IMG/VR virus record: IMGVR_UViG_3300047476_000521
Location: 32,001 to 96,000 of that record
DNA: 64,000 nt
Origin: a virus
Strand: one strand, 5' to 3'
Shown one piece after another: positions 38,811 to 47,543 of the stretch. The translations under genes were made by a program, and so were the position numbers. Position 1 is the first letter of the stretch, and every line of letters starts with the position of its first letter. The notes under the pieces are model-generated. The model worked only from the letters and a program-made list of their open reading frames with translations. It did no database searches and was not told where the DNA came from.

Positions 38811-41366
38811 ATGGCGACTTTAGATTTCAGAGTAAAAAACGGTTTAGTTACCGGAGCAAATAACACAACATTAGGAACAGCAGTTACCGTTTTATTAGGC
38901 GGTAATGTTGGTATTGGAGATTCGAATCCTTCTTCAAAATTAGCTGTTTCCGGAACTCTGAACGCTACTGGCGCCATCACTCAAGGCGGTAATCAGGTTC
39001 TTCACGCTGGTAATTATAATTCATATTCTCCAACGCTAACCGGAACAGGAGCTTCTGGTACTTGGGGCATTAACATTACTGGTAATGCTGAGACTGTTGA
39101 TGGTTATAGCGCCTCTACTTCTGCTTTTATGAACACTATAGTTGTTAGAGATGCTAGTAATTATGCTTATTTCAATTACATTAACAGTAATACAGCTAGT
39201 GGAGAAAATCCAGCAGTTTCGCAAGTAATTGTTACTAATGCTGCTGACGGGTTTTATCGTAAAGCATCAATTTCTCACCTTACTTCTGCAGTTCAAACGA
39301 ATGCTTCTGGTAACTGGAGTATCAATTCTCTTAATATTACTCAGTACCCTCTAAATCAAGATGTAAGAACTACTGCTTCTCCTACTTTTGCTGGATTAAC
39401 TTCAACAGGCGCAGTTAGTGTTCCTGCTGGTTTCACAGTTCGTAAGCAAGATAACGCTAACGAAGGCGCAGAAATTACATTTGAAAAAGCGACTAACTCA
39501 ACACTAGCAGGCAATATCATCATTGATAATGCTTCAAATGCAATTCGTATATTTGAAGGTGCTGGAAGTTTCCGTGGTGTTACACTCGATATTACTGGTT
39601 GCGGTTCGCAGTCCGCACTACTTCACTCATCAAACTATAACTCGTACGCACCAACTCTAACAGGCGGTAATGCATCAGGAACTTGGGGTATTAATATTTC
39701 AGGTTCAGCTGCAACTTTAACTACTGCTAGAACAATTAACGGAACTTCGTTTAATGGTTCTGCTAATATTACTACTGTTTCTTGGGGAACTGCTAGAACC
39801 TTAACTATCGGAAACACAGGTAAGCTGGTTGATGGTTCTGGTGGTGTTGCTTGGTCGCTAACAGAAATCGGTGTTCCTTCGTTAACAGGTACTGGAGCTT
39901 CTGGTACTTGGGGTATTAGTATCACTGGTAATGCTGCAACTGTTGCTGGTTATGGCGTAGCTTCAACAGCTACTGGATCAACTGTTGCTCTAAGAGATGG
40001 TTCTGGTCATTTATTTGGCGTTTATCTATACAGTCAATATTTGAACATGTCTCACGCTTCCTCATCAAGAACCGGAGATACTATATTTTATAGTTCTTAT
40101 GATGATTTTGTTCGTAAGAACGATGCTGCTGGTATGCGTGGTTCGCTTAATGTTCCTACTAGAACTGGTGGCGATGCCTCTGGTACTTGGGGAATCAACG
40201 TAACTGGAAACGCAGGAACAGCAACTACTGCTACATATTCTATAAACACAACACAATCATTCGCTTCAAATTGGAATACAGATTTCGCAAATACTCCAGC
40301 TGGAAGCATGAACCTAAGAGGCGACACTTCTACAGGTACTTCTACTGGTGGTCCTGGTGGTTCTTGGTGGTTTCAAGAAAACTTTAGGCACAATAATAAT
40401 TCAAGCACTTGGGGCGTCCAGGTTGCATGGGGTTGGGAAGATAATGCCAATACCCTTAGAACACGTAACGTTCAAAATGGCGCATTTGGCGCATGGGTAA
40501 CTTATCTTAATTCGGGCAATTATAATTCTTATTCGCCAACATTAACAGGAACTGGCGCTTCCGGAACTTGGGGCATCAGCATTACAGGTAATGCATCAGG
40601 CAATGCTGGAACTGCTACAACTCTACAAACTGCTAGAAATATTAACGGTACTTCGTTTAATGGTTCCGCTAATATTACAACAGCTACATGGGGAACTGCA
40701 AGATCAATCACAATTGGTGGTACTGCCAAATCAGTTGACGGTTCAGCAGCAGTTTCTTGGTCGCTAACAGAAATCGGTGTTCCTTCATTAACAGGAACTG
40801 GTGCTTCTGGAACTTGGGGTATTAGTATTTCCGGTAATGCTGCTACTGCCACAACTGCCTCTACTGCTACATCTGCTACTACTGCTGGATCAGCAACTAC
40901 TGCTGGTTCTGCTACAACGTTTACTAGCACCACCCAGAATTCTCAGTTTAATTCAATCGGAGTTGGTACTGCTGCTTCTGCGATTGCTGGTGAAATTCGT
41001 GCCACAAACAATATCACCGCTTACTATTCTGATAAGAGACTCAAGGAAAATATCAAGAAAATAGATAATCCTCTTGAAAAGGTTTCAATGATCAGCGGCG
41101 TGACTTATAACAGCAATGACATTGCAGCGTCTTATGGTTACACAGACAAGTCAACTCAGGTTGGTGTTATTGCTCAGGAAATCGAACAAGTTCTTCCAAT
41201 GGCTGTCAAGCAGGCACCATTTGATATCGATGTCAAGCATGGTGTTGAATACTCTAAGTCTGGAGAGAACTATCTCACTGTTCAATATGAAAAGATTATT
41301 CCTTTGTTGATTGAGGCAATCAAAGAATTGAAGTCTGAGATTGACCAACTAAAGAGCAATAGATAA
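38811..41366 (+). CDS. Tail fibre with C-terminal intramolecular chaperone (peptidase S74-like)
   Basis: DFRVKNGL N-terminus; LTGTGASGTWGI.I.GNA repeats; YYSDKRLKENI, GVIAQEIE.VLP, YEKIIPLLIEAIKEL autocleaving-chaperone motifs. Confidence 0.88.
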   Translation: MATLDFRVKNGLVTGANNTTLGTAVTVLLGGNVGIGDSNPSSKLAVSGTLNATGAITQGGNQVLHAGNYNSYSPTLTGTGASGTWGINITGNAETVDGYSASTSAFMNTIVVRDASNYAYFNYINSNTASGENPAVSQVIVTNAADGFYRKASISHLTSAVQTNASGNWSINSLNITQYPLNQDVRTTASPTFAGLTSTGAVSVPAGFTVRKQDNANEGAEITFEKATNSTLAGNIIIDNASNAIRIFEGAGSFRGVTLDITGCGSQSALLHSSNYNSYAPTLTGGNASGTWGINISGSAATLTTARTINGTSFNGSANITTVSWGTARTLTIGNTGKLVDGSGGVAWSLTEIGVPSLTGTGASGTWGISITGNAATVAGYGVASTATGSTVALRDGSGHLFGVYLYSQYLNMSHASSSRTGDTIFYSSYDDFVRKNDAAGMRGSLNVPTRTGGDASGTWGINVTGNAGTATTATYSINTTQSFASNWNTDFANTPAGSMNLRGDTSTGTSTGGPGGSWWFQENFRHNNNSSTWGVQVAWGWEDNANTLRTRNVQNGAFGAWVTYLNSGNYNSYSPTLTGTGASGTWGISITGNASGNAGTATTLQTARNINGTSFNGSANITTATWGTARSITIGGTAKSVDGSAAVSWSLTEIGVPSLTGTGASGTWGISISGNAATATTASTATSATTAGSATTAGSATTFTSTTQNSQFNSIGVGTAASAIAGEIRATNNITAYYSDKRLKENIKKIDNPLEKVSMISGVTYNSNDIAASYGYTDKSTQVGVIAQEIEQVLPMAVKQAPFDIDVKHGVEYSKSGENYLTVQYEKIIPLLIEAIKELKSEIDQLKSNR

Positions 41367-42049
41367 TGCCAACACCAGCATCTGGTACGATATCATTAAA
41401 TGACATTGGAACCATTACAAAAGGCGCTTCTGGCACTGTTGTAAGTTTAAACGATTCTAAAGTTAGAACTTTATTGGGAATACCAAGCGGGCAGATATCT
41501 TTATCACAAGCATACAACAAACCAGCTTCTGGAACTGCAAGTCAAACAGTGCCTGGCACATACTCATACGCTCCACCTCCTTATCAGTATTTGACTGCTG
41601 ATTGTAGAGGCGGCGGAGGTGGCGGCGGCGGACAGTGCTGGCTATTTTATGGAGGAGGTACAGCAGGTGGTGCTGGCGGAGCTACTACTTTTTTCAGTAC
41701 AACTAACGTTGTTGCTAACGGAGGCGGTGGTGGTGGAGGCCAAGATGGATTCGGTAACTTTGGTGCTGTAGGAACTGCTGGTGGTGGTTCTGGAGGAACT
41801 GTAACAACTGGCGGTGGCGCTGCAGGCGGAGCCAGCGGTTATTCTGCGTATGGTCAAGGTGGTACAGGTGGTAATGGTGGTAAAACTACTCAGACTTGGA
41901 CGTATGCTGCTACAGCTGGTTATCCTGAATGGGGAACATCTTATACCTATACAGTAGGAGCAGCTGGTGCAAGAGGTATTGGTTATGCTGGCGTTGGAGC
42001 AAACGGTCAGCTAGGTGCTCCTGGAGCTATATACTTTACTTATTCATAA
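41366..42049 (+). CDS. Glycine-rich fibre-tip adhesin-like protein
   Basis: P.SG.ISL.DI N-terminus and GGGGGG-rich loops; directly follows the S74 fibre (TAATG overlap); analogous to gp38-type adhesins. Confidence 0.65.
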   Translation: MPTPASGTISLNDIGTITKGASGTVVSLNDSKVRTLLGIPSGQISLSQAYNKPASGTASQTVPGTYSYAPPPYQYLTADCRGGGGGGGGQCWLFYGGGTAGGAGGATTFFSTTNVVANGGGGGGGQDGFGNFGAVGTAGGGSGGTVTTGGGAAGGASGYSAYGQGGTGGNGGKTTQTWTYAATAGYPEWGTSYTYTVGAAGARGIGYAGVGANGQLGAPGAIYFTYS

Positions 42050-42057
42050 AGGAGATT

Positions 42058-42474
42058 ATGATGCGTTGTTTTATAAGAGTAGTGGAGGGAAACCCTTTTG
42101 AACATCCATACACAGCAGAAAATTTATCTCAGTTAATTAAAGATTTTGACCCTGACAATCCACCAGATGGTTTAGAAGAGTTTATACGTATCGCTCCTCC
42201 TGTTGTTAACTTTTTAGAAACATTTGTAGGTACAACTTATGAAAAAGTTAATGGGTTTTGGCAAGATGTTCATAATGTTAGACCGTTAACTGAAATTGAA
42301 AAAGAAGAAAAGATAAAGTTTACCAAAAGTATTTTTATATTTTCTGATACTTGGACTTTAAACGAAACTACAGGACAGTGGATTCCACCAGTTCCTTATC
42401 CAACCGATGGCAAACTTTACGGTTGGGATAACGATAAATTAGAATGGTTCGAATCTAATAATCTAAATACTTAA
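42058..42474 (+). CDS. Fibre-associated small protein
   Basis: Start moved to ATG 42058 after AAGGAG; WTLNE.T..W.PPVPYP.DG..Y.WD motif. Confidence 0.7.
   Translation: MMRCFIRVVEGNPFEHPYTAENLSQLIKDFDPDNPPDGLEEFIRIAPPVVNFLETFVGTTYEKVNGFWQDVHNVRPLTEIEKEEKIKFTKSIFIFSDTWTLNETTGQWIPPVPYPTDGKLYGWDNDKLEWFESNNLNT
42462..42469 (+). promoter_or_regulatory. Late promoter variant (TCTAAATA) for the neck genes
   Basis: 21 nt upstream of the gp13 ATG. Confidence 0.55.
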
Positions 42475-42490
42475 AACAAAAGAGAGCAAA

Positions 42491-43231
42491 ATGGCAGTCC
42501 CAACAACAAGAACAGAATTCGCTGAACATTGCTTGAGAAGATTGGGTAAACCAGTCATTGAGATTAATGTTGACGACGATCAAGTTTCTGATCGTATCGA
42601 CGAAGCTCTTCGTTGGTATTGGGATTATCATTTCGATGGTTCCGAAAAGACATATTATAAAAAACAAATTGATGCAACTGATATAGCTAACAAGTATATT
42701 ACTCTTCCTGAGAATATTATTGGCGCAGTAAATATATTTCCGCTAGGTTCTGCTCTTGGTCTAAACAATCTTTTTAATATTCGATACCAGATTGCACTAA
42801 ACGACCTTTATACTTTGACATCAGTGTCAATGGTTCCATATTACATGGCCATGAATCATGTTCAATTCCTCGAACAGATGCTGGTTGGTCAACAGCCGCT
42901 AAGATATAATCGACACATAAACCGTTTATACATCGATATGTCATGGGATCAAGTTGCAGTAGGAAACTATTTGATTGTTGAAGCGTACCAGGTTGTAGAT
43001 CCTGATGTATATGTTGATGCATGGAATGATCGTTGGTTACAGCGTTATGCTGCTTGTTTGATAAAGCAGCAGTGGGGTCAGAATTTGAAAAAGTTTCAGG
43101 GTATGAAACTTCCTGGTGGTCTAGAATTCAACGGTCAAAGAATTTATGATGAAGCTACAAACGAAAGAGAACAGTTAGAAAAAGAAATGATTTACAGCTA
43201 CTCATTACCAGCTACGGATATGATTGGTTAG
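42491..43231 (+). CDS. gp13: Neck protein gp13
   Basis: CLRRLGKPVIEINVDDDQV.DRIDEAL....YHFDG; K.QWGQNL.KF.G..LPGG...NG. Confidence 0.95.
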   Translation: MAVPTTRTEFAEHCLRRLGKPVIEINVDDDQVSDRIDEALRWYWDYHFDGSEKTYYKKQIDATDIANKYITLPENIIGAVNIFPLGSALGLNNLFNIRYQIALNDLYTLTSVSMVPYYMAMNHVQFLEQMLVGQQPLRYNRHINRLYIDMSWDQVAVGNYLIVEAYQVVDPDVYVDAWNDRWLQRYAACLIKQQWGQNLKKFQGMKLPGGLEFNGQRIYDEATNEREQLEKEMIYSYSLPATDMIG

Positions 43232-43237
43232 AAATAT

Positions 43238-43822
43238 ATGAAAGCTTTCGTTTACTGTTGGACAGATAAGAAAACTAATATGTTATACGTTGGATCCCAC
43301 AAGGGTTCGATCGATGATGGATATATTTGTTCTAGTAAATATATGATAGAAGAGTATAATAAAAGACCAGAAGATTTTAGTAGACAGATTGTTGCTGAAG
43401 GGTCTTTTGATGATGTAAGAAATTTGGAAGCAAAAATTTTACAGTCTGTAAATGCAGCACTTGATGAACAGTTTTATAATAGGCGCAATTGCGATAATAA
43501 ATTTTATTTAAAAGAACATACAGAAGAGACCAAAAGAAAAATAGCGTCCAAACATGTTGGTAGAATTAGATTAGATTTATCAGAAAGAAATAAAAAAGGT
43601 CTATCCGAAGAAAGCGTTAAAAAAATGGTTTCTACCAGAAAAGCTAACGGTTCCTACGATAGAGAACGTAACCCTATGTTGGGCAGAAAACATTCTGAAG
43701 ATTCAAAGAATAAAATGTCGTTAAACAGGATAGGAAAAAACAGATCTCCTAAATCAGAAGAAACTAAACAAAAAATGTCAGAAGCCAGAAAAAAATATTG
43801 GGAGATTAAACGTGGCCACTAA
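43238..43822 (+). mobile_element. Freestanding GIY-YIG (Seg-like) homing endonuclease with NUMOD3-type repeats
   Basis: FVY.W......LYVGSH.G...DGY.CSS, FYN; H(T/S)EE.K.K(I/M)S repeats and NPM.GRKHS; inserted between gp13 and gp14. Confidence 0.88.
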
Positions 43823-44534
43823 TTTTTTTGTTAATAATTTTCAGGCTTCACAAGAACAGCTGTTGATTGAAGATCTTATCGTTGAATCAATTCGCCTATA
43901 TGGACATGATGTTTATTATTTGCCACGTAAACTAAACAATTACGACGACGTTTATGGTGCTGACGATCAATCTTCTTATGAGATTGCATATCCAATAGAA
44001 ATGTATATCAAATCTATTGATGGTTTTGGCGGAGATCAAGAATTTCTGTCTAAGTTTGGTGTTGAAATACGCAATCAAGTTGTGTTCTCTGTATCTAGAA
44101 GAAGATTCAACGAAGAAGTTGGAGAATTTACAACCCAAATAAGACCTAATGAAGGAGATATAATTTATTTTCCTTTAAACAAAAGAGGGTTTCAGATTAA
44201 GTTTGTAAACAAGTATGAGATGTTTTATCAGCTTGGCGCTTTACAAACATGGGAAATGACCTGCGAAGTATTTGAATACTCTGGCGAAACCTTCTCAACA
44301 GGTATACCAGAAATTGATTCTATTCAGAAAAAGTTTGACACTAACGTTCTTTACTGGACTATCAAAAACCAACTAGATGAAAAGATTGTCACCGAAGATG
44401 GTGATTATATTGTTCTAGAAAATTCTTCAATGGATGATTTGGTACCAGCTGCAGATAACGAAGAGATACAACAAGAATCTGATTTGTTCGTAGACTTTAG
44501 TTCTATTGATCCATTCAGCGAAGGAAAAATATAA
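43812..44534 (+). CDS. gp14: Neck protein gp14
   Basis: GTG start; EQ.LIEDL..ESI..YG.DVYYLPR; SKFG.EI; RP.EGD.IYFP; FYQLG. Confidence 0.95.
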   Translation: MATNFFVNNFQASQEQLLIEDLIVESIRLYGHDVYYLPRKLNNYDDVYGADDQSSYEIAYPIEMYIKSIDGFGGDQEFLSKFGVEIRNQVVFSVSRRRFNEEVGEFTTQIRPNEGDIIYFPLNKRGFQIKFVNKYEMFYQLGALQTWEMTCEVFEYSGETFSTGIPEIDSIQKKFDTNVLYWTIKNQLDEKIVTEDGDYIVLENSSMDDLVPAADNEEIQQESDLFVDFSSIDPFSEGKI

Positions 44535-45392
44535 ATGTTTGGATCACCTTTTTACTTCGGCCTTATTCGTAAATACGTTATTTTAATGGGAACTTTGCTC
44601 AATCAAATTCGCATTACAAGAACAAATAAAGCTGGCGAAGTAACATCTCTTATGCAAGTTCCAATTACTTATGCCCCAAAAGATAAAATGTTGGCACGTA
44701 TTAAACAAGATCCAGCGTTGGACTCTCAGAGCGCCGTAGCTCCTTTACCTATGATTTCTTTTGAGATGGGTAAAATGGTTTATGACGGTTCTAGAAAATT
44801 AAACACAATCGGAAAAGCTTCTGTGCGTGATGCTACTACAGCTAATAAGTTCAAGTATCAGTATAATCCTGTTCCTTATAACATAGAATTTAAAGTTTAT
44901 GTGTATGCTAAAAATGCTGAAGATGGAACTAAGATTATTGAACAGATTTTACCTTATTTTACTCCTGATTGGACTACGACTTGTAACCTTATTCCTGAAG
45001 TAAACGTTACTATGGATATTCCTATCATCCTAAATAACATAGGTTACACTGATAATTATGATGGTCAGTATACCGAAAGAAGAGCTATCATTTGGCAGCT
45101 TGATTTTGTATTAAAGGGTTATCTCTACGGGCCAGTAAAATCTTCTAACATTATTAAGTTTGTTAAAGGTAATTTTTATATACCATCAACAAACACTGCT
45201 GCTCAAGGCAGAGGTATTTCGCCTATCGAAGAAAGAATTACAGTTCAACCTGGCTTAGATGCAAACAATAATCCTATAAATTATTATGGTGGGCCTAATG
45301 CTAATACAGGAACTCTTCCTTACGCTCAAATTGAAGTTGATGACGATTTCGGATTTATAACTCAAATTTATGACGCAGATGAGATAGAATGA
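44535..45392 (+). CDS. gp15: Tail sheath stabiliser/terminator gp15
   Basis: FY...IRKY...G.L.N.I; VPI.YAPK.K; LP..SFE; PVPYN; IIEQILPYF.P. Confidence 0.95.
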   Translation: MFGSPFYFGLIRKYVILMGTLLNQIRITRTNKAGEVTSLMQVPITYAPKDKMLARIKQDPALDSQSAVAPLPMISFEMGKMVYDGSRKLNTIGKASVRDATTANKFKYQYNPVPYNIEFKVYVYAKNAEDGTKIIEQILPYFTPDWTTTCNLIPEVNVTMDIPIILNNIGYTDNYDGQYTERRAIIWQLDFVLKGYLYGPVKSSNIIKFVKGNFYIPSTNTAAQGRGISPIEERITVQPGLDANNNPINYYGGPNANTGTLPYAQIEVDDDFGFITQIYDADEIE

Positions 45393-45805
45393 CAGAAAAA
45401 GATGATGATCCTATTGGCAAGGCTCTTGGCATTGCTCCTTTACAACATGAATTACAAATAGAAAAAATGTTAGCTCAAGCTCATGATGATTCAGCAAAGA
45501 ATGATTTCGAGGCGGCTAGAGCAAATCTTTACGAAGTTATTCAAACTGGTAAAGAAGCAATGGATACGCTAACAGAAATAGCTACTCAGTCTCAACACCC
45601 ACGTGCGTTTGAAGTGTTGGCTAAACTCATGGACACCATAGTAAATACCAACAAAGATCTCTTAGAACTCCAAACTAAGATCCGTGAGATTGACGCTAAA
45701 GATTCCCCAATCAACGATAAAGCCCAAACTATCAATAACAATTTGTTCGTTGGTTCTACTGCAGAACTTCAAAAAGTTCTTAAGGATATGAAGAATAATG
45801 AATGA
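45389..45805 (+). CDS. gp16: Terminase small subunit gp16
   Basis: DFE.AR.NL..I..G..A, A..SQHPRAFEV, NN.LFVGSTAELQK. Confidence 0.93.
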   Translation: MTEKDDDPIGKALGIAPLQHELQIEKMLAQAHDDSAKNDFEAARANLYEVIQTGKEAMDTLTEIATQSQHPRAFEVLAKLMDTIVNTNKDLLELQTKIREIDAKDSPINDKAQTINNNLFVGSTAELQKVLKDMKNNE

Positions 45806-47438
45806 TTTGGTTGGTGGTTATAAGGGTAATGTTCTTCTAAAAAAGACTAATCAAAACATCGAATGGACTCCTGAACTCGTTCAGGAGTACGTCAAGTGTC
45901 AAGAAGATCCCGTTTATTTTACTGAAAACTATATGAAGATCATCTCTATTAATGAGGGTCTTACTAGCTTTAACATGTATGAGTATCAGAAGGATATGGT
46001 TAAATCCTTCAAGGATAATCGTTATACAATCGTTACAACGGCAAGACAGGCAGGTAAGTCAACTACAACCTGCGCTTTCATTCTTTGGTATATCATTTTC
46101 CATCCTGATAAAACCGTTGCTCTTCTAGCCAATAAGGGCGATACGGCTCGAGAAATTCTTGGTCGAGTTCAGTTGGCTTACCAACACTTACCAAAATGGC
46201 TACAACAGGGCGTGGTCGAGTGGAACAAAGGTTCATTCGTTCTAGAAAACAACAGTCGTGTTTTGGCTGCTGCTACTTCTGGTTCTGCCATCCGTGGTTA
46301 TACTATCAACCTTCTATTCATCGACGAAGCGGCCTTCATTGATAACTGGGACGAGTTCTTCACCTCAGTTTATCCTACTATTTCTTCTGGCCTTGAATCT
46401 AAGATTATCCTAGTTTCTACGCCTAATGGTTTGAACCACTTTCACGCTACTTGGGCGAACGCTCAAAAAGGTCAAAATGGTTACCATCCTATCCTAGTGC
46501 ACTGGACTAGCGTCCCAGGAAGAGACGAAAAGTGGAAAGCCGAAACCTTAGCAGGTATGAACTTTGATCACGAAAAGTTTGATCAGGAATATAACTGCGA
46601 ATTCTTAGGTTCTTCCGGAACTCTGATTGCTGGTTGGAAGCTTAAAGAGCTAGTTTCTAGTAACCCAATCTTACAAAAAGACGGTTTAACTCAGTTCGCT
46701 CATCCAGAAAAAGATCATGTTTATATGATGGTATGCGACGTTTCTAGGGGTAAGGGATTAGATTATTCTGCCTTTCAGCTTATGGATGTCACTCGTATGC
46801 CATACCAACAAGCTGCAGTTTACAGAAACAATGCCATTACTCCACTGGATTATGCTGACATTATTTACAGAACAGCCAAAGCCTATAATAACGCTTCAGT
46901 TCTCGTCGAAGTAAACGATATTGGCGAACAAGTATCAACTTCTTTGAACTATGATTTTGGTTACGAGAACGTTCTGTTCACTGAAAATGCAGGAAGATCT
47001 GGTAAAAGAATTACGACTGGGTTTGGTGGCGGATCAATAGATAAGGGTATCAGAACTACTAAAATTGTTAAATCCATAGGTTGTTCTATTCTAAAACTTT
47101 TAGTAGAACAGAACCAAATGGTGGTCAGAGATATTAATACCATCAGCGAACTGGGAACTTTTTCTAAGAAAGGCAAATCTTTCGAGGCAGAACCTGGTAA
47201 ACACGACGACTTGGTTATGTGTTTGGTTCTATTTGCTTGGCTTTCGGACCAACAGTATTTTAAAGATTATACTAATATTAACACCCTCATGTCTCTGAGA
47301 GATAAAACTGAAGAAGATATAGAACAAGATCTGGCTCCATTTGGATTTGTGGATTCAGGTCGAGATGACTTTATTGAAGAAGAATACGAACGATATGTCC
47401 CTGACAGCTGGATGTGGGATACACCAAGAGACTTCTAA
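45798..47438 (+). CDS. gp17: Terminase large subunit gp17
   Basis: Walker A RQAGKST, Walker B LFIDEAAF, STPNG.NHF, DVSRG.G.DYS, HDDLVM. Confidence 0.97.
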   Translation: MNDLVGGYKGNVLLKKTNQNIEWTPELVQEYVKCQEDPVYFTENYMKIISINEGLTSFNMYEYQKDMVKSFKDNRYTIVTTARQAGKSTTTCAFILWYIIFHPDKTVALLANKGDTAREILGRVQLAYQHLPKWLQQGVVEWNKGSFVLENNSRVLAAATSGSAIRGYTINLLFIDEAAFIDNWDEFFTSVYPTISSGLESKIILVSTPNGLNHFHATWANAQKGQNGYHPILVHWTSVPGRDEKWKAETLAGMNFDHEKFDQEYNCEFLGSSGTLIAGWKLKELVSSNPILQKDGLTQFAHPEKDHVYMMVCDVSRGKGLDYSAFQLMDVTRMPYQQAAVYRNNAITPLDYADIIYRTAKAYNNASVLVEVNDIGEQVSTSLNYDFGYENVLFTENAGRSGKRITTGFGGGSIDKGIRTTKIVKSIGCSILKLLVEQNQMVVRDINTISELGTFSKKGKSFEAEPGKHDDLVMCLVLFAWLSDQQYFKDYTNINTLMSLRDKTEEDIEQDLAPFGFVDSGRDDFIEEEYERYVPDSWMWDTPRDF

Positions 47439-47494
47439 ATAACTATAAACGCTCTCTTTGTAAGGATGAAACTAGCGGTCTAAAAGTAAAAAAT

Positions 47495-47502
47495 AATAAA
47501 TA
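47495..47502 (+). promoter_or_regulatory. Late promoter variant for gp18 (a second candidate, TCTAAATA, at 47434-47441)
   Basis: AATAAATA in the gp17-gp18 spacer. Confidence 0.6.
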
Positions 47503-47543
47503 CAAAAAACATTTAATTGACATCCTAAAAAAGGGAGAAAAAA

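Noticed and set aside
33076-40933. Antisense ORFs of 60-134 aa in the ORF track (e.g. 33076-33477, 39635-39925, 40529-40933, also 24799-25404)
   Set aside because: They are shadows of Thr/Ala/Gly/Ser-rich sense genes whose reverse frame lacks stops; no SD or family motifs.
29388-41366. Invertible shufflon-type fibre switching
   Set aside because: All modules are in one orientation within continuous ORFs; no recombinase and no inverted crossover sites were seen.
26767-42049. Diversity-generating retroelement suggested by Mtd-N-like fibre N-termini
   Set aside because: No reverse transcriptase in the window and no template/variable repeat pair differing only at adenines; the repeats seen are in-frame structural duplications.
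47439-47543. gp17-gp18 spacer: TAACTATAA...AAGG...TAGCG loosely resembles the 23S rRNA I-CeuI site, and AGGATG/CATCCT could pair
   Set aside because: The similarity is short and gapped in AT-rich DNA, and the stems are too weak to call an RNA element.
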